The notes: generated by a model not told the origin, from the sequence alone. A stretch of 64,000 nucleotides of DNA from Amoebidium appalachense (GCA_963693365.1 CAVNZM010000010.1:2418001-2482000), one strand, 5' to 3'; shown: positions 29,708 through 43,498, counted from the first letter of the stretch. Made by a program: numbers and translations.

Positions 29708-30570
29708 TTTCCCCCCCGCCCCAACCTCGGGTCTTTCCATTCACACACACCATGACGGACAATATGATACGGATGTGTTTATCCCCTCGGTTTAGGTTCG
29801 AAAGCATATGCTTGTGTTGGGTAGTTATCTACGCTTTTGCACAATCAAAGTAGTAACCGTGCGTCTGAATGTTTGCACATTTGGTATCATTTTGGCTTTG
29901 GGATTCGAAGGTTATGAAAGGAGTTGGAATTGTACAGGATCCACACTGGTGAATACGTGCCAGGCTGAAAAATGTAACTGTCCTGTATTACTCATTGCGC
30001 TTTATTTGGCGTAAATACAGTGACAATCTTGGAGCTGTGTGTCTGGCACCTCGGCTGCAAGTTTGTAAAAAAGATTCTATTGATATTGTCTGACTCCGAG
30101 TCCTCCCCCCCCCCCCCCCCCCCCCCCCCCCGCCGCGTGTACACACACACATACACATGTACACATACACACCCAGGACAGACCACTGACGGCGGAGATA
30201 ATTTGTACTCCCATGCAACAGGGCATGATGGTTGTTCTCTTTCTGCGTACGCGTCTAGATCTGTTTTTGCAGGTGCAATTTTCACTGCATGCTGCTTTAG
30301 TTTGTCCACACACACATTCACCGGTTTACTTGCGCATGCAAACGCCCTAGCGCAACCGGCCCTGCTCGTCTCTGAAGGAATGAAAAACGAAGGCTACTGT
30401 CTAGGGGTCCGAAACCCAGATGCATGCCCCCCCCCCCCCCCCCCCCCCCCCCCAGAGGGAGAATGGTCGATATTGCGTGACTGTGAGTGTATATGTTGCT
30501 GATATACGTGCAATTGTGCTTGAAGTACGGTACCCGTACGCATTCATAGGGCCAGATGCCGTTATATCCC

Positions 30571-30616
<46 letters not shown>

Positions 30617-31646
30617 GTCCCCCGGCCCCCCCCCTTCCCCCCCCCTTCGGGGGGCCCTCGAGCCCGCCCCCAACCCGTGGCCCCGGGCCTCATCTGCCAT
30701 AGCTACACACACACGACGTCGTCCTCACGCCTAACTCCAATGGACGACGTGTACACGTGCCTGTGCACATGTCTGAGGCTCCCCGCTGAGTCCCAGCTCA
30801 AAACTGCACGCATGCATAGAATATCTTATTATAGACTTTTGTGCCAAAGCCCACCACGTGTACACGTGCACGTATGGTCTGATACCTTCATTAAAGTTTT
30901 TGAACAGCTACAGCATACACTGTCACGTGGTACCAGCCCAGAAAGTTTTTTTTATCTTTATTCGTTTGTTCATTTGGGTATTTGTTTTTTTGTGGTACGT
31001 AAGTTGTTGGCCTGTGATACTAGGTTGTCCGTGTGTGTTCACATGTGTGCGTGTGTATTGGTGGGGGCCGGTGTGTGTGTGTGTGTTAATTGGAGGGGGG
31101 GGGGGGGGGGGGGGGGGAGGGGGGGGGGGGGGGAACTCGGAAGGGCGGGGTCATGATGCCATTTCACGTGGCACTGCGTGCTGCCCATGGCCAGTCAGTC
31201 CTCTGACGTGCACCGATATAAGCCATGTTCACTATGCACACTGTTGCTTAATTTGCGTGAAGTTGCAGCCAGGTGTGTGTAACATTGGGCTGTGCCATGG
31301 CAGTCGGTCGTGTGTAGCTACTTATTAATTAGTCCTTACTAAGAATTTTCAATGATTTTTGGCTTCCAAAGCTCTGATGCCAGATACTTGGCACACATAC
31401 GGACACGTGATCCCATGCGTGCCAAGTGATGACTCCGGAGATTGATGCACAGTTTACTCGTGTTTTTTTTTCCCTAGTAGGCAAGTTTGTTTTTAACAAA
31501 GTTTCTTCCTTCCTCATGACCTTTCAATTAAGGAGGCCAAAATCAAATGCAAAACAAAAAAAACAAAAGAAAAAAAAATCCGTTCATGGCAGCGCGACAA
31601 CGAAACCAGCCCGGTTAGCAACAAGTAGCCCAGACTAGTACTGAAC

Positions 31647-31688
<42 letters not shown>

Positions 31689-32245
31689 GGGGGGGGGGGG
31701 GGGGGGGAGGGGAGGGGGGATTGCTGTTTGAGCTGTGATGCCGGCACCAAGGCAAACATACTTCCACCCAACAAGATACACAGGTAAAAAAAGGTACAGG
31801 GCCATCCAGTGGATTTCTTCTCCTCTCTCAGCCACTCTACTATTTGACGGTTTCGTCAGGATATAAGATGAAAATTAAATTCCTAAATCCAGAAGTCCGG
31901 AATATTGGAAATTTTCCTAAAACTATTTTCTAAAATCCTCATCACCATCCTATTTTCTAAAAACTTAAACTCATCCTAAAACTACGACGTTACAACATAA
32001 CAAATTTTTGTGGAGATGTAACGTGCAAATAGTACGTCATTTGTGGAGATATCATTCATTAGCACAAGAGGCTTTATAGCCTAACATACAACATGTACAT
32101 ACTGTACATAACGTAAAACATTACAGCTAAACCTGCTTATCAAACTAAGAGAAGACATATAAACATATTAACACACTAGCAGCTATGCCTAAAAACTCAT
32201 AAAACATGTAACAGAGTGGGCTAGCATTTATTTCAGTTTGAAAAT

Positions 32246-33025
32246 TTAAGCGCAGGTGCACTCCACAGCACCGCGTTTATTCCCATAATAGGGTTCCTTT
32301 ACCATATACCAGTTAGAACACTTCCTATCCCTTACGCAAACCTCGTTCGGACCATACGCAACCTTAAACCCCAAGCGCTCATAGAACCTAACATTTTCTT
32401 TAGCCTGCGTAAATAAAACAGTTTTTAGCTTCTCACGTTTTTCTAACCTCTCCATCACTGATTTTATCATATAGCTCCCATACCCCATCCCTTGCTTTCT
32501 CTTTGCGATGACCACTCCCTCAAGGTACCAAGCTGGTGCTTCGTTCCCCAGCCCGCACTCTTTCTCGGCTTCATCAAATATCTTGAAGAATTCAAGCAGC
32601 CGTCCCATTGTTTCAAATCCAAACAGGAAGGGGATAAAGGGCAAGCCCAACCTAATCTGCTCCCACAGAGTGGGTAGGGCAGTGGCGGGTGTGCGTTTCA
32701 CGGCAACATGGCCAAGAATCGATCCCGGGGGCAACTCGTCACTCGCTATTTCCTCATCAGTGGCACCAGAAACAAGAACATAGGAATCTGCTACGGGATA
32801 CCACAGTTGTAGTCTTCGCCATGAGAGCCACTTTTGGAAGCGGCGCTGCTTTTCCTCGTTTCCGTCTACAACGAGACGCCATTGGTTGCCGTCGAAGAAG
32901 CCCCCGGCAAGAACATCGCAGAGTTCATCTATGCAGCGTGGTGAGAGGTTTCTGCTGTCGACCAGGCGGAGGTCTTGAAACGACACTTTTGATCTGGAGT
33001 TTGAGGAGGTTTCAGAAGTGGCCAT
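32246..33025 (-). CDS. GNAT-family N-acetyltransferase, intronless, 259 aa
   Basis: Clean ATG-to-TAA ORF with normal composition. It has the acetyl-CoA motif A (WYLEGVVIAKRKQGMGYGSYMI) and C-terminal LFTQAKENVRFYERLGFKV. The N-terminal VLAGGFFD segment resembles puromycin N-acetyltransferase-like GNATs. Confidence 0.9.
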   Translation of the reverse strand: MATSETSSNSRSKVSFQDLRLVDSRNLSPRCIDELCDVLAGGFFDGNQWRLVVDGNEEKQRRFQKWLSWRRLQLWYPVADSYVLVSGATDEEIASDELPPGSILGHVAVKRTPATALPTLWEQIRLGLPFIPFLFGFETMGRLLEFFKIFDEAEKECGLGNEAPAWYLEGVVIAKRKQGMGYGSYMIKSVMERLEKREKLKTVLFTQAKENVRFYERLGFKVAYGPNEVCVRDRKCSNWYMVKEPYYGNKRGAVECTCA

Positions 33026-33535
33026 GTTTTGGTGATGGAGATTCTCGCGCAGGTGCTGGTTTAAAGCGGTTAGATGGCCGAAGGATCTGTGTAAAAATGA
33101 AAATCTAGGTTAGACTACGATTTTTTAATGTCAACTAAATAGTGGCTGTCATGTACACTATCATAGGTCTCTCCATGTTGTACAGTAATTAGCAAGCACT
33201 AAAAGGCTAAAGGAGAAAGAACACGTGTTTGTTCTGAGAAAAGCAACTTGTGGTAGACGACATCGTGTGTGCCTTACACAATCTGTGCGAGCGCCGTTTT
33301 TGATTGGATGTCTTTGTATATTCTATATCGTATCTCGTTGGTTCGGAACGCACCCATAATAAAAAAATATAGTCCCCCACCGCCCGTCCGACGGTTTTAT
33401 GTGGTCATTGTTAGAGCCATGTTCAGCCTTGAACTCACGAAGCAGCCTTTATCAACCGGTTGTTCAGGCTAATATGCTCCCCCGCTCTTTTTCTGCAGGT
33501 AAATAAAAAGCAAACCCCACAGTGACTACTGCATT

Positions 33536-34572
33536 ATGATGTCGGATTCTGAGGACTACCACACAGCCTCCGAGAGTGAATCAGGCCACCCAGACACTCT
33601 GCAGGTGGGCGCGCGTGTTCTGGTGCTGACGAGCGAAAACGCACCGTTCTATGAGCACGCCATGGTAGCTTTCATGATCGACTCATCGAACCTCTAAAAC
33701 TTGGTGTGACAGAGCGTCCTGTTTTCTCCCAGGCGATGCTTGGGGCATGGGAATGGGTGGAGAAGAATGGATGAAGCTAAAGGGTGAAGGTGTGTTGTTG
33801 GGAGAAGGCGAAGGGGGGGAGGGGGCAGGGCGGGGAGGGGGGGGGGGGGAGGGACGGGGAGGGGGGAGGGGGGGGGGGGGGGGGGGGGGGCTCCGAGGGA
33901 GGACCTGGCAGGATAAATCCACCGGGGGTGATTTGGAGATTGTATGGATCTGAGTAAGGGGAGGGGACAGCATGTTGGGCTCTATTGAAGTTAAAACCCC
34001 CAGGGGCACTAGGGGAGAAGGCAGTAGAGGCGAGAGGGGCTGAGAGGGGCTCTTTGGGGGGGGGGGGGGGGGGGGGGGGGGGAAGGGGGTTGGTGGGGGG
34101 GGGGGGAGGGGGGAGGCCGGGGAGGGAGGGGGTGGGGTGGGGAGGTGGGGGGGCAGAGAGGGAGAGGGAGGGGAGGGATATCATAGTGTTGGGTCGGGTG
34201 TGGATCAGATACGTGTGGAGACGGCGTGTGGAAGCTTGGGAGAGTAAACAAGTATAGGGGGCTTGTTGAGCTTGTGTTGTTTAGAGTTGGTAGCTGTATC
34301 CAGAACTGTGTGGCACGACAAACAACCTTGCACGTTTGTTATAATTGTGGCTCATGGGCTTCCAACTCATCCCGGCCTAGGTAGCATATGTGGAAAAGAT
34401 GGACACGGTTGATGTTGTGCTTGATGACGGCACAGAGCTGGACGGGGTTAAGGCAGAGTCACTGCTGCTGCCGTGCAGACAGAAAGAGCCGGTGGACGTG
34501 TTGAGCTACTGCCAGAGGCTAAAGGTCGGGTTATTTCTTTTTCTCCTTTTCTTTTTCTTTTTTCTTTTTCTT

Positions 34573-34620
<48 letters not shown>

Positions 34621-34799
34621 GGGGGGAGGAGGCTGGGTGCTTGGTAATTGAGTGGGTGGGTGTTGGCGTGCTTGTACCCATGGGGATGGTATTTGTGTGT
34701 GCGTTTCTGATGTCTAGCGAGTGTGTTCTGCTTTGCGCTCTTGCATGGTTTTCTTTCCGAACTGCTTGGGGCCGAGGGGAATTGGGTGGGCAGGGGGGG

Positions 34800-34830
<31 letters not shown>

Positions 34831-34930
34831 GGGGGGAGGTAGATGTGATGACAGGGAGAGTGCTCGGAGGGGGAGGGGGGAAGGGGGGACGTGGGGGTGT
34901 CCCCTTTTTCTGTCGTTTCTTTTCATTCTC

Positions 34931-34967
<37 letters not shown>

Positions 34968-35358
34968 TTCTTTTCTTTTTTTAAACTGAAAAAGGAAGGG
35001 AGGGAGAGAGGGAGGGGGGGGGGGGGGGGGGGGGGGGATAATATGTATGAACTGGAACGAGCCGTTACTTATGGCTACTAAGTTTGCAGGCGAAAGGAAA
35101 GAGGCTTGCCGATAAAGGGGACCACCTGTCAGCGGCCAGAACGTACGGGAGGATGCTGTGTGCCTTGGAGTCGGTGGCGCCTCTGTTAGACGGCCAGCAA
35201 GGGTGTGTGTCCCTTTTTCCTGCTGCTTTTTCGCTGCTGTATTCTTGTTTGTCCTGATTCGCACCTTTCCCCCACTATTTCTTTTGTTGTTTAGTCCCTG
35301 GATCTCGGGCGCGGGCGGGCGGGCGGGCGGGCGAGCGGGCGGGGCGCAGCGGGGGGGG

Positions 35359-35396
<38 letters not shown>

Positions 35397-37090
35397 GAAG
35401 AGGAGTCTGCACCACTATGTTTTTTTTTTAATTCACGAGATTGGCCCTCCCCCCCCCCCCCCCCCCCTCCCCCCACCCCACCTTGCCCCCTCCCCCCCCC
35501 CCCCCCCCCCCCAACACACACACACACCCCACCACCACTACCATCACCACCACCACCGGTACTCTGCTCCCTTTTCCGGCAAATGCACTCCTGCACTAAC
35601 ACACTTACTGCTATAAGTGCCTGTGTGTGTGTGTTCGTGTGGGGAGGAGACTGAAAGCGCTTGTGGGTAACCGAGGCAGACTCTGAGAGCAAGAGGAAGG
35701 AAGAGAGCCGGGAGCACACTATTACAAAAGAGTGGGTATCTGTGTATATGTGTGTGTTAACTTGTGTGTGGGCTATCCCATGCTCATCACACTGTTCCTG
35801 TAACGTTTTTTTGCACCCCCTCTATCCTTCTAAGCCAATCGAACGGTGCCATTTCTGGGCACGTGCAGGGGCTACCACGTGGGCAGTGAGGTGCAGACTG
35901 AGAGGGGGCCGGCAACGGTCACATACATCAACAAGAGTGGAACTTATGACATCATGTACGACGGTATGCCCAAGTTTTTTTTTTTTTTTTTGTTTGTTTT
36001 TTTTCCCCCTTTTTTCCCCTGCTCCTTTGCACAAGTTTAGGTGTTAGATTGGGGTGTGTGCGGAAACACACTGGGGGAAGAGGTTGGTGTGTGTGTGTGT
36101 GTGGGCGGGGGGGGGGGGGGGGGGGGGGGGGGACAGTGAAAGAGGGAGAGGCGGGGGGGGGGGGGGGGAGGGGAGGGGGGGGCAAAGGGAGGAGGGGGGA
36201 GGGTGGGGGGGGGGGAGAGAGAGAGCGGATGGGGGAGAGGGAAGGGGACAGGCGGTATGTGTGTTGGGGGAGAGGGGAAATGGAGGGACCTGAAGAGGGG
36301 GGTGGGGAGAGGAGGGAGGTTGGATGGCGGGGGGGTGGGAGGGGAGGGGGGTGTTATTAGCAAAACAAACATGCTTGACCTCTCTCTCCTCCGTGTTCCT
36401 CCCCCCCATCCCTCTCCCTTTCCCCCCTCTCCCCCCCCTCCCCCCCCCCCCCCCCCCCCACACACAAGAACACCTCCCCCCCCCCCCCCCCCTCCCGAAA
36501 AAAAAAAAAAAAAGATAAAAAACGAAAAGAATGGAAAATGTATAAACGTCATTCCAAAGACTGTTTTATTGCTCTTCGTTGTGTATTTGCATGCTATCTT
36601 TCTAGAAAAAATCAAATCTGACAACCCCCCCCCCCCCCCCCCCCCTCCTCCCCCTCTCACCCCCTCCTCCCCCCCCTCTCTCCACCACCACCACAGACAC
36701 ACCTTCAACCCCCTCCCCTCCCCCCCCCCCCCGGCCCTTCCCCTCCCCTCACCCCCCCCCCTTCCCCCCCCCCCCCCCCCACCCCGCCCTCCCCCCTCCC
36801 TCTCCCTCCCCCGCCTGCGCCCACTCCTGCCCACCTCCCACCTCTTTCCCACAAAAAAAAACACGTTTTTTCTCTATGCAGCTGATGACGAAGAAGAGTC
36901 CGACATCCCCTCCAGCAGTCTTCGACCCATGCCCCCCGCCACCTACCCCCTATGTGACCTCTATAACATGAGGGCTAGCGCAAGACTGAACGCTGTACGG
37001 TGTGCACTCAAAGTGCAGTGCTGGAGAGAGGCACTAGGAGTGTGTGAGCAGGTGGGTGTGCTATGTTACTGTCGATGTGTAACTGTGCGC

Positions 37091-37149
<59 letters not shown>

Positions 37150-38037
37150 TGTAAAGAACGCAGACAACTGTGCTCTTGTGTGGGGCATATGCTTCCCTTG
37201 TGCCTGCTTATGTTATTTATCTCGTTCTGGCTGCTCCCAGCCTTTTGCATTCTTGTCACCCCCCCCCCCCCCCCCCCCCCCCCCCTCCCCCCCCCCCCCC
37301 TCCCCCTCCCCCCCCCTCCGCGTACCCATCACTCTTAGCTGACTCACCGGCCACTTTAACTCACTCCCCTCCCCGAATCTCCTCCCCCCCCCCCCCCCCC
37401 CCCCCCCCCCGCCCCCGCCCGCCCCACCCAATGCCTCTCTCATTTATCACCACTCCCCGCCCCCCTCCCCCTCACCCCCCCCCCCCTCCCCCAACACACA
37501 CACGCACACACCCACCCAACCGCCCACCCATCCACCCCCTATCCTCCAACCACCCGCCAACAACCACCAACATCACCATCACCGATACCACACATAGACA
37601 CAGAATCGTGCACGTCTGCACGCCCAAGTGCACGGCCACCTAGTGTGACTGGAGGGGGAGGGGGGGGGGGGGGGGGGTTAGAGGGAGGGGAGAGAGAGAG
37701 GGGGAGGGTGGGGGAGGGGGGAGGGTGGAGGAGAGAGAGAGAGACAGAGGTGGAGAGAATTGGCCTGGAGAGTGAGAAATCAGTCGGGGGGAGGGGGGGG
37801 GGGAAGAAGGGAGCAGTGTGTGTGTGTGTGTTTATGTGTGTGTGGGGGAGGAGGAGGGGGGAGAGGCTGGGGGGAGGGGCGGGGAAAGGCGGGGGGGATC
37901 TATTCAGCGGTCTAGCTTAGGCTATCAGGACTGATCAACAGGGACCGAACCTATCAGGCTGTGTGGTCAGACCCCCAGTCAGGTACCGCACACTATCTGA
38001 TGGCAAAAGCTCAGGCCGGCCTAGGCAGATATGACGT

Positions 38038-38132
<95 letters not shown>

Positions 38133-38562
38133 CTATTGTGTATGTTGTGCGCGATTGACCTGTGTGTAAATCAAGGGTGTATGTGTGAGTTGTGACGCAC
38201 ATATATATGTACTTTGGGTAGGCTGGGGAGGAGAGGGTTGCACTGGGGGGGACGGAATGGGTGCATAAAAGTTATGCAAGTATACATCTGCTACTGTACA
38301 TCGTTTGAAGAGGGCAGTGGCAGGGGAGGGGGGGGGGTGCGTCACGGTGTGTGTGTCTGCGTGTGTGTGTGTGTGAGGCATGAGGGGGCAGGGGCCCGGG
38401 GGGGGGGGGGAGGTGGGGTTCGTCTGCTGCATGTACGTGTGCCTATGGATTCTGCGTCTGTCTAAGTTTCTGTAACTTGCGTGTGTCTGCTATTGGTCTT
38501 TTAAGTATTTCCTTTTCTCTTCTTTCTTTCCTTTTTTTCTTTTTCTTTCTTTTTTTTTTTTT

Positions 38563-38593
<31 letters not shown>

Positions 38594-38878
38594 GAGGGGG
38601 GGGGGTACCGATAGGGCCTGAATCGGTATTACACAAGAATGCAAGGGAAGGTTGGAGGGGGGGGGGGGGAGGGGAGGGGGTGAGAGAGAGAGAGAACGTG
38701 TGGTTGGGGGGAGGGGGGAGGGGGGCTGTGGACGTTCGTGCTGTCACCGCAAATTTATGTGGTCCCTTCCCTTTCCCCCTCCCTTCGCTAGCCGTGCTTC
38801 CTCTACGCACACACACGCGCGGACAAAGCCATGCCCACACGTGCACACACACACAAACGTGAGCGCGCACACACACGC

Positions 38879-38921
<43 letters not shown>

Positions 38922-38976
38922 CATTCCCAGCCCACAGACACACCACTGATACACATGCCCACACACGCGACACACA

Positions 38977-39032
<56 letters not shown>

Positions 39033-39586
39033 GTGACACACATTCGAAGGAGTTATTATGAGAGAATCTCCGAGAAGAACCACCCACCCACACGTATTTC
39101 CTCACAGGATGCGCTAATCAGTCTTAAGAAAGCTTCAAAGCTGCTACCTGGCAACCGTGACGTCGCTGCTTTCAGAGAGCAGGCTAGTGCCCCCCCCCCC
39201 CCCCCCCTCCCCCCTCCCTCCCCCCCCCCCCCCCCCTGCGCCCCCGACACCTCCCCCCGGCACTCACCTCCGGGACCCCCCCCCCTCCTCCCCCCCCCAC
39301 CCCACCCCAACCCCCCACCTCACCCTCCTCCCCCCCCCAGAAAAAGAAGAAAAAGAAGGGGAAAAAAAAGGTATCTAATGTCGGTGTCTTACATGAGGTG
39401 AATAGGTCGAAAATCGGGCATTGTGGATAACCTGGGCCGCCTTTGAGGATGGGCTCTGTTCATGATGCATACTCTGTGTGTGCGGTCAGTTTTTGCAGAT
39501 TCAGTGCATTGCGCTGTCCGTGGTGAGAAATGTACTCCGTACAAATCTGTAACACCTCCCCCCTTCCCCACCCACCCACCCCCCCA

Positions 39587-39618
<32 letters not shown>

Positions 39619-39795
39619 ACCACCACCACCAACACCAACACCAACACCAACACCAACGCCACCACCACCACCACCATCACCCGGTAAAAGAAGCGTATCT
39701 TCTGCGTGCACGTCTCAATCTCGTCTGTTGTGTTTTAGTATTCGTGCTTTTCCGAACGTCTTTGCTTTCATGGTCGCCACCCTCTCATGCATACA

Positions 39796-39884
<89 letters not shown>

Positions 39885-40165
39885 TCCCCCGGCCTCCTTT
39901 CCCTCCCGGAGGATTGGTTCTGCTGGTGATGCATACTCTGTGTGCTCTTGTTTTGCAATATTTGAAAATATGGGTTCGCATGTGTACCAAGTCATAACAT
40001 GTAATATTCTAATCCCCCCTCCCCCCCCTTCCGCCCACCATTTCACACCCCTCATTTTCTTCTTTCCATTATCTATCCTTTTTTACTCCTTTACTCGTCT
40101 TTTTTTCTCTTGGGGGTTTCCTTGTCGGTGGTGGTGGTCGTGGTGATGGTGTGTGTGTGTGTGTG

Positions 40166-40247
<82 letters not shown>

Positions 40248-40258
40248 TTGTGTGTGTT

Positions 40259-40290
<32 letters not shown>

Positions 40291-40569
40291 GTGTGTGCGT
40301 CTGTGTCTGTGTGCGTGTCTGCGTGCGTGTCTCTCTGTGTGTGGTGGTGGTGCGGTTTGGCTGGGGGGGGGGGGGGGGGGAGGGGGGATATGTGTGGTAC
40401 TTCACGAGTATACTGATGATTTTTTTTTATTTCTATTTTTCCCGGTATGCAGGTGAAGCAACAGCGAACGGAGCAGGCAGCCAGAGACCAGCAGCTGCTG
40501 AGAGAGATGGTGCGGTGGATGGGACAGTCGGGCGCAGCCAATGCACTCGGGGGAAGTTTGCAGCTTTAA
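33536..40569 (+). CDS. Uncharacterised protein with two Tudor/SH3-like barrels and three TPR repeats, 8 exons, about 306 aa
   Basis: Exons 33536-33664, 34381-34524, 35090-35202, 35869-35963, 36882-37051, 37958-38035, 39108-39182, 40453-40569 (921 nt, phases consistent; the last intron needs a GC donor). Barrel 1: [10 protein letters not shown]...[27 protein letters not shown]1: [22 protein letters not shown]. Barrel 2: [42 protein letters not shown]2/3: [65 protein letters not shown]. Confidence 0.8.
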
Positions 40570-41703
40570 AGTGACTTTAAAACTTAATTTACCGATTGCA
40601 CCACTATTGCGAAGGCTTTAAATCCATGATAAATCCCTACTATACGGTAACCTAATCTTTTTTTTAAAAAGGGAATGGCTGTATGGTACGGGCAAGGCCA
40701 GTCATGAATCCATGCAGTAGTGTAAGAGGCTTGCGATTTGCGCTGTTCTTGTAATCAATGATTCCAGGCCGTATGATTTTTGAATGACGGTCACGTCTTG
40801 TCAAGAGTGACTCGGAAGGGCTCTTTTGCTATCTTCGTGAGGTGATTCAGAAGGACATTTCTCTCTCGAATGAAGCATGGTGTGAAATCTTGAGACATGC
40901 TTTTTTTTTTTGTTTGTGTGTCAATGTGTGTGTGTGTGTGTGCACTGTATGTGTATGTATGTAGGAGGAGGAGGAGGAGGAGGAGGAGGGGCGGGGGGAG
41001 GGGAGGGGGGGGGGGGGGGGGGGGGGGAGGAAGGGGGGAGGGGGGGGGGTGTACGTCTTTTGTTTTGCCTCATTGTTATGAATTAGTGGAATATATCCTG
41101 ACACCCCTTTAACATCGGATTCCGTTACTACTGTCGTGAGTGTAGATATATTTAATTCTTGACAGCAGATATATTGCCGGGTTTGATATCATTAAATTTT
41201 GGACCAGTTGGGGTCATTAGACACCTGCCGAGGTGCTGTGAAAGCAAACACGCAAATATATGTGTGCAAACCAGCATAATATGTAATATCATGTGACCAA
41301 GTGTGACCAAGGCCCCCTAAATCTACTACACAAACGGTTTGAAATACCGTAAACGAAAGACAAAATCCAATAAAAATCAAGCCCCACACCATACAGAGTA
41401 GGGCCAGATCCCAACTTGTTTTGCAACATAAGGGCAAGGGGGATCGCGTGAATTTTTTTTTATGTATTGTTTTATTTCGATCGGGGCATCAGACAGGGCT
41501 AAGAATGGATATATAGTACAGTTGCCGTAGACAGAACGAGTTAGTCGCTGAGATAGCTTCACCGAGTATCCAACGAGATATACCAAAAACGAGAAATTCC
41601 CGGTAGGTACATACTAATATTCGAACGCACATGGCTTAAAGGCTTGGGCCAACCCTGCAATCGAAATGTTCATGGCTTCCCATTAGATCTCAATTACATG
41701 AAT

Positions 41704-41775
41704 GGGGCTGTAGCTCAGTGGTAGAGCGCTCGCTTTGCATGCGAGATGCCTTGGGTTCGATCCCCAACTGCTCCA
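41704..41775 (+). tRNA. tRNA-Ala (anticodon TGC)
   Basis: GGGGCTGTAGCTCAGTGGTAGAGCGCTCGCTTTGCATGCGAGATGCCTTGGGTTCGATCCCCAACTGCTCCA folds to a full cloverleaf with the G3:U70 alanine identity pair and A and B boxes. It has one U:U mismatch in the acceptor stem and is followed by T-tracts. Confidence 0.95.
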
Positions 41776-42836
41776 TATCTTTTTCTTTTTGAGGGGGGCC
41801 ACAGTGGGCATGTCCAATTCCAGGAGATAGAACCGAGGCTTTTGGTGTGTGCGTGCGTGCGTGTGTGTGTGTGCGTGTGTGTGTGTGTTGGGGGGGGGGG
41901 GATTTCGGAAAACTGATAAGTTCGTGGGGGTTTACACACTTCTTATTGCGTGGACACTGCCGGAGGCCCAGCCACATTCGACGGCCTACTGCGTTTTCCA
42001 GCGCAGCCAATCAAATGCAGCCAGCGACATATGTACATGCTAGGCAACAATGAGCGCCATCGTAGTATATGACACCCCTGTTACATATTATGGGTAAGCA
42101 GAGGCTAGCATCGTGGGCACTAGCTAATATTTCCTTCAAATAATAAAGGGAAGCTTTTGTTTCATAACCAGGCGAAAAGGCAACACGCGTAGCGTGTGTG
42201 TGTGGCACTGTCTGTAATTTCACGTAACAGTTGTGTATGTGTGCGTACGTGTGTGTCTGTGGTGAGCATGCGTGTGTGCATGTGTGCGTGGTGCGCGCCC
42301 GCACACGCAAACACATATAACCATCAGAAGCGAGAATTTAACAGCCAGGTCGAAAACAACAATGGAATTTTGAATTAAGAAGCCAAAACAAAACAGAACC
42401 TCTATTCATAAATTTATCCCAGCTAAGTTGAAAACACGAGTTACAACAAGCTTATAAACAAAAAAAAAATACAAATGTTAAAGCCTGAGGCAAGTCAGAA
42501 CCATCTAATCATACTGAGTGGGTTGTAATGTCAGTGTCTCCGGGTGAACGCTTTTGAGAATCAATCACATAGTGTATAACTGCATGCCGCTGTGTATTAC
42601 TATGCACATGCACATTACTATGCGCCTGCGCATGCATACAGGGCTTTTGGCTATCAGTTGATGCACGTGCGGCAGCCCGCTCACACATTTCAAATCTCTC
42701 ACCACTCCCCAGAGGCCTCCCGTGGGACGTGTTTTTCTTGGGGGGGGTTGGGTTTGAAGGTGTGCATGCGTACAGTGGGGGGAGCCTCGGTGAGTGAAGG
42801 GCCGGGGACTCCGAGAAGGGGGGGGGAAGGGGGGGA

Positions 42837-42895
<59 letters not shown>

Positions 42896-43452
42896 TGTGT
42901 TTGTGGAACGGTAGTATACGACATTGTGTCAAGTGTGCTGTGTGCGTGTGTGTGTGTACCCTCAACGGAGTATGCGTGTAACTGTGCGTGTATGTGTGCA
43001 TGCCATTTGTGCGTGCATCTGTGTTGTGTGTGTAGGTTCGTGCGCGCGTGCCGTGCCGCTGCGTGTTCGTGTGTGTGCGTGTTTGTCTGGTGTGTGCGCT
43101 ACAAAACCGCTTGAAAGGCCAACCCAAGTTATGGTTTGAAACCAAAACCTAAACCTATGGGCATTCACCGTGACATCATGATATTTCACGGAAAAGAAAA
43201 ACTTGAGAACACTTCTAACCAAAAACAAAACAAGGCTGCGCGCAGCCCACGTATAATGATGTAATTTCATCGTGTGCCATTAATAATGTAGGTTCTATAA
43301 GGCATGTCACAATATTCCAGACACATGCATGCGCTTGAACATGCCATTTAGAATGTGCTCATACTCTGGCTAGTGTACACGCAACATGTTTGGCGTCATA
43401 GCAACGTTAACAGGGCCCGGTGTCATGCAGTGCACCGCCGGCCCCACATGCA

Positions 43453-43498
<46 letters not shown>

